A stretch of 64,000 bases of DNA, taken from NCBI GenBank assembly GCA_022749845.1, contig JAKIWX010000001.1:12387-76386 (forward strand), read 5' to 3'. The notes below the pieces were generated by a model. It made no database searches. It was not told the DNA's origin and saw only the letters and a program-made list of their open reading frames with translations. This document shows, in pieces, positions 20,501-29,395 of the stretch. How positions within the stretch are numbered: position 1 is the first letter of the stretch; each line of letters opens with the position of its first letter. A program made the translations under genes and the position numbers. The stretch is from Thermoplasmata archaeon. GTDB lineage: Archaea > Thermoplasmatota > Thermoplasmata > Lutacidiplasmatales > UBA184.

Positions 20501-20600
20501 CTCGAGCTGGGTGAACCTGAGCTCGGTGAACCTGAACGTGATGCTGGGCGGCGTCGGGACCTACTTCTGGGTCACGGGTAACGGCGTCGCGACAGGCTAG
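17541..20600 (+). CDS. Family-5 ABC solute-binding protein (oligopeptide type) with an N-terminal TM anchor, a PKD domain and an Ig-like spacer. Paralog of the 2-2884 protein.
   Basis: TM 'VSVIIVALALVLVGVTAFAVLGG'; PKD 'SYSFNFGDGSKIATGTTASVAHVFQTPGMY'; SBP_bac_5 'IAYDTGSYEAIANVYQPLITYNG' and 'LGWAPDYPDPTDY'. Start taken at ATG 17541 ('MHETPP'), downstream of the TATA. Confidence 0.8.
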   Translation: MHETPPTARRARLGQSARAFSTTVSVIIVALALVLVGVTAFAVLGGFSPGAKPSCQPAGTPACDVFTNFHDVALHLPLKSIQQGGLATFTATLPSGETATSYSFNFGDGSKIATGTTASVAHVFQTPGMYLVGVTALIAGKPHDNYQSLVQVAVTPSFAADTNLTLPGISGKVVTNSTPSGAGLPATAVISLGGTVTLSATYTSAPTNPLWQEVPPKLVYPTGVTLSKGGNLTATSAGGTFQFTQAGTFTLAVQGGSTDLVTVNSSTPPLVYQNFSWTVFVFAPPLHAGVQGAAPPVSPHPGTIIVYEDLPGGARTADPAIAYDTGSYEAIANVYQPLITYNGTQSGPTPDVFVPVIATCVPGPNSASCAKLYGGATLFDATTQSYTFVISSAPHFYDPRSGGSWGVYPSDVVFSVARTLGFGVQPCVGCNNGWILSQALLGPGNFLWDSLHGPYNNTPLDILNSMSVNDSLCASLTGAMTTDHGCVTFHANGHGQPWPYFLELVADQLGGSIVPCGWFSAVGQGAGIPYWTAGNSSGNGDHPCQMPGTGGYGLPAASIPYQGWDQWETIGSGATGKFVGSVQYNMVGSGPYYSANYEVGIAYELKASPAYAPNPYCTWLGCYPQPGKYANTVQVTWESDITEGEQALATGVADFAAVPSTDLSFLIQLINKGQVNAESTPTLNIGFEPFNLNFNVGVATQYTTQPITIPNDFFAHLGMRQFLVHTYPYQTVQTTINTRDGITLGFLYGGAIPQFMANYYPKDIAWPSGDPCNTAANASCAGYWWAQLHNASGPYFDPEVAGCSSSTPCQFPVFGSTGDPTGDEVLALWTNWVATESGGAIKMNPVDVNFNTLLLLSQSSTAGTNPMPIYGLGWAPDYPDPTDYTTPLYLPNATYTLGNSMEESLLTAAFSQGSCANPSSDYNYYANNSFPEGCQAIAYKAMVKLLGTAGATPAGPLRVLLYDLSEKIANRLALYVYTSQGNSLVTASSWVNLSSVNLNVMLGGVGTYFWVTGNGVATG

Positions 20601-20633
20601 CGTCCAAAGCGGGGCGTCCCCCCAAACCCCTAA

Positions 20634-22172
20634 TTGGGCGCTCCGGTCCCGCTGGGCGTGGAGCCGTCGAGCCCGCCGGCGGACGGCCCCGCGCTCTCCC
20701 TCTCCCCCGCGGAGCGGAAGCTCCTCGTACACCTTAGGTCCGCGACGGCGCCCCATTCCGAGGAGGAGGTGGCGGCCGCGACCGGGCTCGCCGCCGAGGC
20801 GGTCCGGGGCGGATTGCAACGGCTTCGCTCGAAGCGCCTCACGGTGGTGGACGAGCAGCACGCCGAGAGGCTCGTGCTTACGAAGCGAGGGGAGGACGGG
20901 CTCGCGAGAGGACTCCCCGAGCGACGCCTCCTCCAACGGCTGCAAGCGCTAGGCCGCCCGGCCGATGCCGGAGAGCTCGCCGGGGGGGAGCTCGACGCCG
21001 AGGAGCTGCCGGTCGCGATCGGCGTCCTGCGCCGCCGTCGCCTGCTCGCCGAGGGGAGTCCCTTCGCGCTCCAGCCGGGGTCCGAGTCGGCCGCGGCGGA
21101 GTTGCCCGAGGAGCGCGCGCTCGCCGCCGCCCGCGACGGCGCGGCGGTCGCCCCCGAAGAATCGAGCACCCTCAAGCGCCGTGGCCTGCTCGCCGTCGAG
21201 CGGTCGACGACGCGACGCTGGTCCCCTTCGGAGGAAGGCGGACGCCTCCCTCTCGGCGACGGCTCTCGGCCGGAGGAAGGCGCCCTACGGCCCGAGCGGC
21301 TCCGTGACGGAAGCTGGCGGGAGGTGGAGTTCCGACCGTACGACGTCCGTGCGCCCGTCCCGTACGTCCAAGGCCCCGCGCCCCATCCGTACCTCGCGTT
21401 TCTGGAGGAGTTCGCGGAGCTGCTGGTCGGACTCGGCTTCGCCGAGGAGGAAGGCCCCCTCCTCGAGACGGAGTTCTGGAACAACGACGTCCTGTTCATG
21501 CCCCAGGAGCACCCGGCGCGCTCGGTCCACGATGTCTTCTCGGTGCGCGGCGTCGAAGGACGGCTTCCCGACGCTCACCTCCTGCTCGGCGTCGCGGCCG
21601 CCCACGAAGGGCGGCCTCTCTCCGGGACGAGCGAGCCGCTCTCTGTCGGCTGGAGGTCGCCGTTCAACCCCGAGATCTCCCGCCGACCGGTGCTCCGGTC
21701 CCAGACGACCTCCGTCTCGGCGAGGTTCCTCGCCTCGCGACCCCGGCCCCCGTTCCGCCGGTACTGCATCGGCCGGAGCTTTCGGCCGGACGCGGTGGAC
21801 GCGAGGCACCACGTGGAGTTCGACCAGTGCGAGGGGATCCTCGGCGAGGAGGGAACCTCGATGCGCGAGCTCGTGGGGATGTTCCAGGCGCTCGCCGAAG
21901 GGATCGGGATCCGGGAGCTCCGGATCCGCCCGAGCTACTTTCCGTTCACCGAGCCGTCGGTCGAGGGGTACGTCCGCCATCCGAGTCTCGGCTGGATGGA
22001 GGTGCTCCCCGGTGGGCTCTTCCGGCCCGAGGTGCTCCGGCCCCTCGGGGTGGAGGTGCCCGTCGCCGCCTGGGGGGTCGGGCTGACCCGGCTCGCGATG
22101 GTCGCGCTCGGCGTGAACGACATCCGCGAGCTGTTCGACGCGGACCTCGACCGGCTCCGAGGGGGCGACTAG
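20634..22172 (+). CDS. pheS: Phenylalanine--tRNA ligase alpha subunit (archaeal).
   Basis: N-terminal winged-helix repeats; class II core 'FRPYDVRAPVPY...FWNNDVLFMPQEHPARSVHDVF' and 'FNPEISRRPVLRSQTTSV'. Confidence 0.9.
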   Translation: MGAPVPLGVEPSSPPADGPALSLSPAERKLLVHLRSATAPHSEEEVAAATGLAAEAVRGGLQRLRSKRLTVVDEQHAERLVLTKRGEDGLARGLPERRLLQRLQALGRPADAGELAGGELDAEELPVAIGVLRRRRLLAEGSPFALQPGSESAAAELPEERALAAARDGAAVAPEESSTLKRRGLLAVERSTTRRWSPSEEGGRLPLGDGSRPEEGALRPERLRDGSWREVEFRPYDVRAPVPYVQGPAPHPYLAFLEEFAELLVGLGFAEEEGPLLETEFWNNDVLFMPQEHPARSVHDVFSVRGVEGRLPDAHLLLGVAAAHEGRPLSGTSEPLSVGWRSPFNPEISRRPVLRSQTTSVSARFLASRPRPPFRRYCIGRSFRPDAVDARHHVEFDQCEGILGEEGTSMRELVGMFQALAEGIGIRELRIRPSYFPFTEPSVEGYVRHPSLGWMEVLPGGLFRPEVLRPLGVEVPVAAWGVGLTRLAMVALGVNDIRELFDADLDRLRGGD

Positions 22173-22173
22173 G

Positions 22174-23901
22174 ATGCCTCGGGCCTTCCTCTCCGCCTCG
22201 CGCCTGCTCGACGGCCTCGACCCGGTCCCCCCGAAGGCAGAGCTCGAGGAGACGCTGTTCCTCTCCAAGGTGGAGCTCGAGAGCTGGGAGGGGGATGCCC
22301 TCACCGTCTCGGTCACGCCGGACCGGCTCGACCTGCTCTCCGAGACCGGGCTCCGCTCCTACCTCGAGGGGGCGCTCGGCCGGACCGGTGGGCTCCCCGT
22401 GGTGCACGACTACACCCTCGCGCCGGGAGAGTTCCTCGAGGCGACGGCGCGCGTCGCGCCGCTGCGTCCGGAGATCGCGGGCCTCGTCGTCCACGCTCCG
22501 GTCGGCTCCGCCCTCGACGCGGGGCTCCTCGAGGAGGCGGTCCGGTTCCAGGAGCTCCTGCACGCGACGGTCGGCTACGACCGGCGCCTGGCGAGCCTCG
22601 GGATCTACCCCGCGAGCTCCATCAAGTTCCCGCTCCGGTACGACCGCGAGCCGATGGAGGGGCTCGACTTCGTTCCGCTCGAGGAGGAGACCCCCGTGCC
22701 CGCGCCGAAGTTCTTCGCCGAGCATCCGCTCGCCGCCCGGTACGGCGCCTACGGGATGGAAGCGGGGGAGTGCCTCACGCTGCGCGACGCGAACGGCACC
22801 GTGCTGAGCCTCCCCCCCGTGCTCAACAGCGGCGTCGCCGGACGAGTGCGGGCCGGGGACCGGAGGCTGCTCCTCGAGGCGACTGGAACGCGTCGCGCTC
22901 GGGTCGAAGAGGCGCTATCGCTCCTTGCCATGCCGTTCCTGCTGCGGGGTTGGAGCGCGGCCCCACTCCGGGTGAAGGCCTCGGACGGGGTCCACCACGG
23001 GGAGGCGGTGCTCGCGCCACGACAGCTCTCCCTCTCCGACGAAACCCTCGGAGCGCTCTCGGGGTTCGACATTCCGCCGGAGGAGGTGGAGCCGCTCCTC
23101 GCCCGAGCGAGGTATGCGGTCCGCCGCACGAGCGACGGCTGGCTTGTCGCGGCCCCTGCCTGGCGCGCCGACCTCCTCGGAGCGGTCGACGTGGCCGAGG
23201 ACGTTCTGCTGCTGCGCGGCGTTCGCACCGACGAGGGACGTCTCCCCCCCTCCTCTACCGAAGGGCGGCGGCGGCCCGAGGCGAGGTTCCGTGCCCGGAT
23301 CGGCGCCCACCTTCTCGGGCTCGGGTTCACCGCGCTCCACAGCCCGGTCCTTACCTCCGAAGAGCTGGTCGCTCGGGTGGGCCGGACGCAGTCCCTCGAA
23401 CTCACGAATCCCGTCTCGGCCGAGCTGGCGCGGACCCGCGACTGCCTTCTCCTCTCGCTCGTGGCCGCCCTGGGGGCCAACCTGCGCCACGGCTACCCCC
23501 AGAGGTTCTCGGAGCTCGGCCCGGTCCTGGTGCGAGATCCGGCGTCCGAGAGCGGCGCGCGGACGAGCGAGCACGCCGCCTTCCTCGTCGCGGGGGAGGG
23601 GGCCGGCTTCGCAGAGGCGGCAGCGATCCTCGAGTACCTCCTGCGTCGGCTTTCCGTCGCCGGGGTACGGGAACCCGCCGAGCTGCCGGGAACCATCCCA
23701 GGTCGTGCCGCGCGGGTGATGCTCGCGGGAGAGACCGTCGCGGAGCTCGGGGAGCTCCACCCGTCGGTCCTCGAGGCCACGGGGGCCCTCGTGCCGGCGG
23801 TGTGGGGCGAGCTCCACCTCGACGTTCTGTACCCGCTCCTCGGCCCGGCGGTCGAGCCCACGTCGGCCGGCCCGACGGATCCGCGCCGCGCGTCCCCGTA
23901 G
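22174..23901 (+). CDS. pheT: Phenylalanine--tRNA ligase beta subunit (archaeal).
   Basis: '[19 protein letters not shown]...[31 protein letters not shown]' B3/B4-domain N-terminus; immediately follows pheS. Confidence 0.9.
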   Translation: MPRAFLSASRLLDGLDPVPPKAELEETLFLSKVELESWEGDALTVSVTPDRLDLLSETGLRSYLEGALGRTGGLPVVHDYTLAPGEFLEATARVAPLRPEIAGLVVHAPVGSALDAGLLEEAVRFQELLHATVGYDRRLASLGIYPASSIKFPLRYDREPMEGLDFVPLEEETPVPAPKFFAEHPLAARYGAYGMEAGECLTLRDANGTVLSLPPVLNSGVAGRVRAGDRRLLLEATGTRRARVEEALSLLAMPFLLRGWSAAPLRVKASDGVHHGEAVLAPRQLSLSDETLGALSGFDIPPEEVEPLLARARYAVRRTSDGWLVAAPAWRADLLGAVDVAEDVLLLRGVRTDEGRLPPSSTEGRRRPEARFRARIGAHLLGLGFTALHSPVLTSEELVARVGRTQSLELTNPVSAELARTRDCLLLSLVAALGANLRHGYPQRFSELGPVLVRDPASESGARTSEHAAFLVAGEGAGFAEAAAILEYLLRRLSVAGVREPAELPGTIPGRAARVMLAGETVAELGELHPSVLEATGALVPAVWGELHLDVLYPLLGPAVEPTSAGPTDPRRASP

Positions 23902-23932
23902 CCCACTTATAGCGCCGCCCGGTCGGCGGCCG

Positions 23933-25606
23933 ATGGGTCAGCGCCGCACGACCGGAACATCGGCCCGGGCACGTTGGGAGGCGCAGGCGCGCGCCGCCAT
24001 CGGGGACCGGGTGGAGGGCGGTCGACTCCCGCTCCTCGCGACCGCTCCGGAGGAGCCGTTCTCCGAGAGCCTCGAGAAGCAGGGGTTTCCCGGCACCCCT
24101 CCGTACACGCGCGGAATCCAGCCCACGATGTACCGCGGCCGGCTCTGGACCTTCCGCCAGTACTCGGGATTCGGCACGGCACGGGAGACGAACCGACGGT
24201 TCCGCTACCTGCTCGCGAGCGGTCAGACCGGGCTCTCCGTCGCGTTCGACCTGCCGACCCAGATCGGCTACGATTCGGACCACCCGAAGGCCCGGGGAGA
24301 GGTCGGTCGGTGCGGCGTGGCGATCACGGGCGTCCCCGACATGGAGACGCTGTTCCGGCAGATCCCGCTCGACCTGGCGACGGTCTCGATGACGATCAAC
24401 GCGACCGCCCCGATCCTGACCGCGCTCCTCGTCGCCGTCGGCGAAGCGCACGGTGTCCCACGCGCGCGGCTGGGAGGGACGGTGCAGAACGATATCCTGA
24501 AGGAGTACATCGCCCGCGGGACCTACATCTTCCCGCCCGAGCCGTCGCTCCGGCTCGCCGTCGACCTCATCGAGTTCGCGACCCGCGAGATGCCCCAGTG
24601 GAACTACATCTCCGTCTCGGGCTACCACATGCGGGAGGCGGGCGCGACAGCCGTGCAGGAGGTCGCCTTCACCCTCGCGAACGCCATCGCCTACGTGCGG
24701 GCGGTCCGCGCGCGGGGACTCGCCGTCGACGAGTTCCTGCCCCGGCTCTCCTTCTTCTTCAGCTCTGACTCGAACTTCCTCGAGGAGATCGGCAAGTTCC
24801 GCGCCGCGCGGCGGTTGTGGGCCTCGGTCGCCCGCGAAAGCCTGGGCGCGAAGAACCCCCGCTCCCTCCAGCTCCGGTTCCACACCCAGACGGCGGGATC
24901 CTCGCTCACGGCCCAGCAGCCCGAGCTCAACGTCGTCCGGACCACCCTCGAAGCGCTCGCCGCGGTGCTGGGCGGGACGCAGTCGCTCCATACGAACGCC
25001 CTCGATGAGGCGATCGGCCTACCCACCTCCGACGCGGCGCGGCTCGCGCTGCGGACCCAGCAGATCCTCGCCGAGGAGAGCGGGGTCGCCTCGACCGTGG
25101 ACCCGGTGGGGGGCGCGTACGAGATCGAGGCGATCACCGACCGGATCGAGCAGGAGGCGCGCGCCTATCTCGACCGGATCGAGACGATGGGCGGCTCGGT
25201 GGTCGCGGTCGAACGTGGCTTTTTCCAGGGCGAGATCGCGCGCGAAGCCTACCGGACCGCACGAGCGCGGGAAGCGAAGCAGGAGCTCGTGGTGGGGGTG
25301 AACGCGTTTCCCGAGGGGAACCCCGAGTTCTCCCTCTTCGCCTCGAAGGGCCGGCGCGGCGTGAAGGCCGAGCGCATCACGCCTGCGCAGGAGGCGGAGC
25401 AGGTCCGTCGTGTGAAGTCGGTGCGCGCCGGCCGGGACCTGGCACGTGTCCGCTCCACCCTCGAGGAGCTCCGCCGAGCCACGCGGGCGGGCGAGAACGT
25501 GATGCTCTCGCTCCTGGGGGCTCTCCGCGCCCACGCGACGCTCGGCGAGGTCGCCGACCTCTGGCGCGAGGAGTTCGGGGAGTACACTCCTTCCCGCGCC
25601 TTCTAG
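23933..25606 (+). CDS. mcmA1: Methylmalonyl-CoA mutase, catalytic (N-terminal/large) subunit.
   Basis: '[65 protein letters not shown]'. No B12 domain is present, consistent with the split archaeal form. Confidence 0.9.
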   Translation: MGQRRTTGTSARARWEAQARAAIGDRVEGGRLPLLATAPEEPFSESLEKQGFPGTPPYTRGIQPTMYRGRLWTFRQYSGFGTARETNRRFRYLLASGQTGLSVAFDLPTQIGYDSDHPKARGEVGRCGVAITGVPDMETLFRQIPLDLATVSMTINATAPILTALLVAVGEAHGVPRARLGGTVQNDILKEYIARGTYIFPPEPSLRLAVDLIEFATREMPQWNYISVSGYHMREAGATAVQEVAFTLANAIAYVRAVRARGLAVDEFLPRLSFFFSSDSNFLEEIGKFRAARRLWASVARESLGAKNPRSLQLRFHTQTAGSSLTAQQPELNVVRTTLEALAAVLGGTQSLHTNALDEAIGLPTSDAARLALRTQQILAEESGVASTVDPVGGAYEIEAITDRIEQEARAYLDRIETMGGSVVAVERGFFQGEIAREAYRTARAREAKQELVVGVNAFPEGNPEFSLFASKGRRGVKAERITPAQEAEQVRRVKSVRAGRDLARVRSTLEELRRATRAGENVMLSLLGALRAHATLGEVADLWREEFGEYTPSRAF

Positions 25607-25614
25607 GGAGAGCG

Positions 25615-26013
25615 ATGCCGGTCGACCACCTCGGGATCGCCGTCCGCAGCCTTGCGGAGGCACTCCCCCGCTGGGAGGGACCCCTCGGAGCGACGGCGAG
25701 CCCGCCGGAGGTGGTGGACTCTCAGCGGGTCAGGATCGCCTTCCTCGATGCGGGGAGCACGCACCTCGAGTTCCTCGAGCCCACCGCCCCCGATTCTCCG
25801 GTAGCCAAGTTCCTCGAGACCCGCGGGGAGGGGCTCCACCACCTGGCGTTTGCCGTGCCGAACGTCGACCGAAAGCTTGCGGAGCTTGACTCGGCGGGGT
25901 ACCGGCTCATCGACCGGGTCGCCCGGACCGGAGCCCGAGGGCGGCGCATCGCGTTCTGTCATCCCTCCGCCTTCGACGGAGTTCTCGTCGAGTTCGTCGA
26001 GGGGGAACCGTGA
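25615..26013 (+). CDS. mce: Methylmalonyl-CoA epimerase (glyoxalase/VOC family).
   Basis: 'VDHLGIAV...LEFLEP...HHLAFAV...AFCHP..FDGVLVEFVE'. Confidence 0.85.
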   Translation: MPVDHLGIAVRSLAEALPRWEGPLGATASPPEVVDSQRVRIAFLDAGSTHLEFLEPTAPDSPVAKFLETRGEGLHHLAFAVPNVDRKLAELDSAGYRLIDRVARTGARGRRIAFCHPSAFDGVLVEFVEGEP

Positions 26014-27218
26014 GTCGCGTTGTCGAGCTCTCGCTGCGCGCCATCGTGGACAGCCGTGGCTCCCCCACCGTCGAGGCGGAGGTCGCGGACGGGGAGGGAC
26101 ACCGCGGACGGGCGGGGGCGCCCGGGGGAGCGAGCACCGGTGCCCACGAGGTCCCCGCCTGGCCCAAGGGCGGGGTCCCGGTCGCTCTCGAGCAGTTCCA
26201 GAAGGAGCTCCGGCCCGTGCTCCTCGGACGCGAGCTCGAGGACGCGAGGGGCTGGGACGCCGCGCTCCACGCGGTCGACGGGACGGAGGAGTTCTCCCGG
26301 ATCGGCGGCGGCGTGGCCACGGCGCTCTCCCTCGCGGCGGCGATCGCGCGAGCGGAGGCCCTCGGGGTGCCTCTGTGGAAGAGCTGGCTCCGACCCGGCC
26401 TCGATGGGAGCGGCCGGCCGATGATCGTGGGGAACTGCTTGAACGGAGGTCGCCACGCCATCGGCGGTCCGGAGTTCCAAGAGTTCCACGCCATCTCCTC
26501 CTCGCCGAAGACCGCCGACGCCGTTCGAGGCGCGATCGCCGTGCACCGGGCGGTCGGCGAGGCGCTGCACGCGAAGTTCCCGGAGCTCGCGCTCGGTCGG
26601 GGCGACGAAGGGGGTTGGGTGGCGCCTGTCGGTAGCCTCGAGGGGCTCGAGATCCTCGCGAGGGCGTGCGAGGAGGTCCGCGACGCGACCCACCTCGCGG
26701 TCCACCCCGGCCTCGACCTCGCGGCGAGCGAGTTCTTCAACGATGGGCGCTATCGCTACCGGGACCACTCGCTCGACGCCGAGGGGCAGCACGCGTTCCT
26801 CGTCCGCCTGGTGGAGCGGTTCGGCCTCCGCTACGTGGAGGACCCGTTCGACGAGGAGGCGTTCGACTCCTTCGCACAGTTCACCCACGCCGTCGGCGAC
26901 CGCACCCTCGTGGTGGGGGACGACATCTACACGACGAGCGTCGCGCGCCTCGAGCGGGGGATCGCCGAGCGGGCCTCCAACTCGGTGCTCATCAAGGTGA
27001 ACCAGGTCGGCACCCTCACCGACACCTTCGCGACCGTCGACCGCGCCCGGGCGGCCGGCTGGTCGACCGTCGCCTCCCACCGGAGCGGGGACCTTCCCGA
27101 GGGGTGGCTCGCCCACTTCGCCGTCGGGGCGGGCTCGCGGGGCTTGAAGTGCGGGATTCTCGGCGGTGAACGGGTGGCAAAGCTAAATGAACTCCTGCGC
27201 GTCGCCGCCCCCGCGTGA
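26010..27218 (+). CDS. eno: Enolase (phosphopyruvate hydratase), somewhat short and divergent.
   Basis: 'IVDSRGSPTVEAEV...GASTG', 'KVNQVGTLTDTFATV', 'SHRSGD'. GTG start overlapping the mce stop (GTGA). An eno-rps2 pairing is typical of archaea. Confidence 0.8.
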   Translation: MSRVVELSLRAIVDSRGSPTVEAEVADGEGHRGRAGAPGGASTGAHEVPAWPKGGVPVALEQFQKELRPVLLGRELEDARGWDAALHAVDGTEEFSRIGGGVATALSLAAAIARAEALGVPLWKSWLRPGLDGSGRPMIVGNCLNGGRHAIGGPEFQEFHAISSSPKTADAVRGAIAVHRAVGEALHAKFPELALGRGDEGGWVAPVGSLEGLEILARACEEVRDATHLAVHPGLDLAASEFFNDGRYRYRDHSLDAEGQHAFLVRLVERFGLRYVEDPFDEEAFDSFAQFTHAVGDRTLVVGDDIYTTSVARLERGIAERASNSVLIKVNQVGTLTDTFATVDRARAAGWSTVASHRSGDLPEGWLAHFAVGAGSRGLKCGILGGERVAKLNELLRVAAPA

Positions 27219-27886
27219 ACTCCGCTATGGCGCCCGACGAAGCCGAGGTAGAGCCGCCCGTCCGGGCGGACGACGGGCAGGACATCGAACCGGGCCAGCT
27301 GCTCCTCCCGGAGGAGACGTATCTCACCTCGGGCGTGCACATCGGCACGCAACAGAAGTCCGCCTCGATGCGGCGGTTCGTCTACAAGATCCGGTACGAC
27401 GGCCTCTACGTCCTCGACATCAAGGAGACCGACCGGCGGATCCGTATCGCCTCCCAGTTCCTCTCCCGGTTCCCCGCCGATAAGATCCTGTGCGTCTCCC
27501 AGCGCCAGTACGGCCAGAAGCCCGTGCGGATGTTCGCGAAGGCGATCGGCGCCGTCTCCTTCTCCGAGCGGTTCGTCCCGGGCTGCCTCACGAACCCGGC
27601 GCTCAGCGAGTACATCGAGCCGAAGGTGCTCGTCGTCACCGACCCCGCGACCGACGCGCAGGCGCTCAGCGAGGCGGTGTCGATCGGCATCCCCGTCGTC
27701 GGCATCTGCGACGTGAACAACGAGACCCGGAACGTCGACTTCGTCATCCCCGCGAACAACAAGGGCCGGGTCGCGCTCGCGACCGTCTACTGGCTGCTCG
27801 CCCGGGAGACGCTGAAGGCACGCGGGGGCGCGGCCGCCGAAGCCCCCTTTACCTCGACGATCGAGGATTTCCAGGTCTCGCTGTAG
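27215..27886 (+). CDS. rps2: 30S ribosomal protein S2 (uS2).
   Basis: 'YLTSGVHIGTQQKSASMRRFVYKIRYDGLYVLDIKETDRRI'; GTG start overlapping the eno stop. Confidence 0.9.
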   Translation: MNSAMAPDEAEVEPPVRADDGQDIEPGQLLLPEETYLTSGVHIGTQQKSASMRRFVYKIRYDGLYVLDIKETDRRIRIASQFLSRFPADKILCVSQRQYGQKPVRMFAKAIGAVSFSERFVPGCLTNPALSEYIEPKVLVVTDPATDAQALSEAVSIGIPVVGICDVNNETRNVDFVIPANNKGRVALATVYWLLARETLKARGGAAAEAPFTSTIEDFQVSL

Positions 27887-27927
27887 GCAGCCGTCCCGCC
27901 TTTATCCCTTGGGGGCGTCCCGCGAGG

Positions 27928-29199
27928 GTGGCCCGAAACGGGAACGGGCTAGTCGAACTCCTCGCGGACCACGGTCTATCCGAGCCCGCGGCGCGCATCT
28001 ATCTCGTCGCAACGCGGGAGGGTCCGCTGCCCGCCTCCGAGCTCGCGCGGGCAACCGCCGTCCACCGGGTCCACGCCTACCGCTGCATCGACGAGCTCGT
28101 CGAGAAGGGCCTCCTCCAACCTGTTGGCCGCCGTCCCAAGCGGTTTGCTCCGCTCCCTGTGGAGGAGCTCCTCGACCGCTGGATCCACGAGGAGGCGGGC
28201 CGCCTCGAGAGCCTGAAGCGCGGCCGCGACCGGCTGCTTGAGGAATGGAGGGCGACCACCGGGAATCCCGAGCCCGGAGACGCGCGACGGTTCTCCATCG
28301 TCGAGGGCCAGTCCGCGATCTGGCACCTCTTGAAGCGCCGGTTCGGCGCGGCGCAGAAGGAGATCCTGATCACCGTCTCCGCCTTTTCGCTCCCCCGCGC
28401 TGTCGACGGGGGGCTCGACCGGGCGCTGGCGGAGGCGCGCTCCCGAAATGTCCGGGTCCGCATCGTGACCGAGGTGGAGGCGTCGAACCGGGTCGAGGTG
28501 CGGCTCTTCTCCCAAGTGGCGGAGCTGCGCCACGCGCGCCGACCCGTCACGAACCGCGCCGTCCTCATCGACCGGAAGGCGGCGGCCGTGTTCGTCACCG
28601 GAGCGGAGGGGCTCGGTCCGAGCGACGAAGCGCAGCTGATGCTCTGGACGACGGATCCGAGGTTCCTCGCGCTCACCCGCGCCTACCACCAACGCCTCTG
28701 GGCGCTCTCCGTCCCTGTCGACGAACGGCTCGTGGAGCTCGAGGCTCCCTCCCGCGCCGTCCTCCCGCTCCGACGCGGAGAGGGAGGCGAAGGGTTTGCC
28801 CGGCTTCAGGAGATCACCGAGCTCGGGATGACCGCGACGGGCGTCGAGGAGCTCCGTCTCGACCTGCCGGAGCTCATCGAGGCGGTCGCACGTCAGCTCG
28901 GACGGCAGATCGCCGACGGCATCGGTGGCACGACGCCCTCGGAGGTCGTGAAGGAGCTCGCCGCGTACTATTCGGAACGCTCCCTCGGCCGGGTCGATGT
29001 GGTCAAGGAGCGCCCGCTCACGCTCCGCGTCCGGAACTGCTTCGCCTGCCGGAACTCCCCCGAGATCGGACGCGTGCTCTGCCCCAGTCTCATCAGCTCC
29101 TTGCTCGAGCGCCGCATTGGCGACCAGTTCGATGTTTCGAAGCCCGACCCGACCCGCCACGCCGAGCGCGGCTGTATCTTCGCGATCCGGCCTTCGTAG
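27928..29199 (+). CDS. TrmB-family transcriptional regulator with a C-terminal V4R-like (4-vinyl-reductase) domain.
   Basis: HTH 'LVELLADHGLSEPAARIYLVATREGPLPASELARATAVHRVHAYRCIDELVEKGLL'. C-terminal 'CFACRNSPEIGRVLCPSLISSLLERRIG...CIFAI' is V4R-like. GTG start at 27928 is preceded at about -25 by TTTATCC. Confidence 0.65.
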   Translation: MARNGNGLVELLADHGLSEPAARIYLVATREGPLPASELARATAVHRVHAYRCIDELVEKGLLQPVGRRPKRFAPLPVEELLDRWIHEEAGRLESLKRGRDRLLEEWRATTGNPEPGDARRFSIVEGQSAIWHLLKRRFGAAQKEILITVSAFSLPRAVDGGLDRALAEARSRNVRVRIVTEVEASNRVEVRLFSQVAELRHARRPVTNRAVLIDRKAAAVFVTGAEGLGPSDEAQLMLWTTDPRFLALTRAYHQRLWALSVPVDERLVELEAPSRAVLPLRRGEGGEGFARLQEITELGMTATGVEELRLDLPELIEAVARQLGRQIADGIGGTTPSEVVKELAAYYSERSLGRVDVVKERPLTLRVRNCFACRNSPEIGRVLCPSLISSLLERRIGDQFDVSKPDPTRHAERGCIFAIRPS

Positions 29200-29395
29200 G
29201 TTTCGCCCCCGGACGAATTCGATCTCCCAGCTCGACGCGGGCCTACCCTCGAAGTAGCGCCAGGGTGCCTCCCGCGGGGACTCTCCGGACGGAGGGGGAA
29301 ACGCTCTCCCTCCGTCGAGCGCTGCTACGGCGAGGGGACCAAGAGATCCCCCCGGGGACCCTCGGGCTCGCCCGGCTCGACGGTGGCGGTGCGGA

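Noticed and set aside
26010-27218. Whether the enolase is a non-catalytic paralog because it is about 30 aa shorter and has 'SHRSGDLPEG' instead of 'SHRSGETED'.
   Set aside because: Key boxes (SGASTG, KVNQVGTLT, SHRSG) are present and the eno-rps2 context is canonical. The evidence is insufficient to call loss of function without an alignment.
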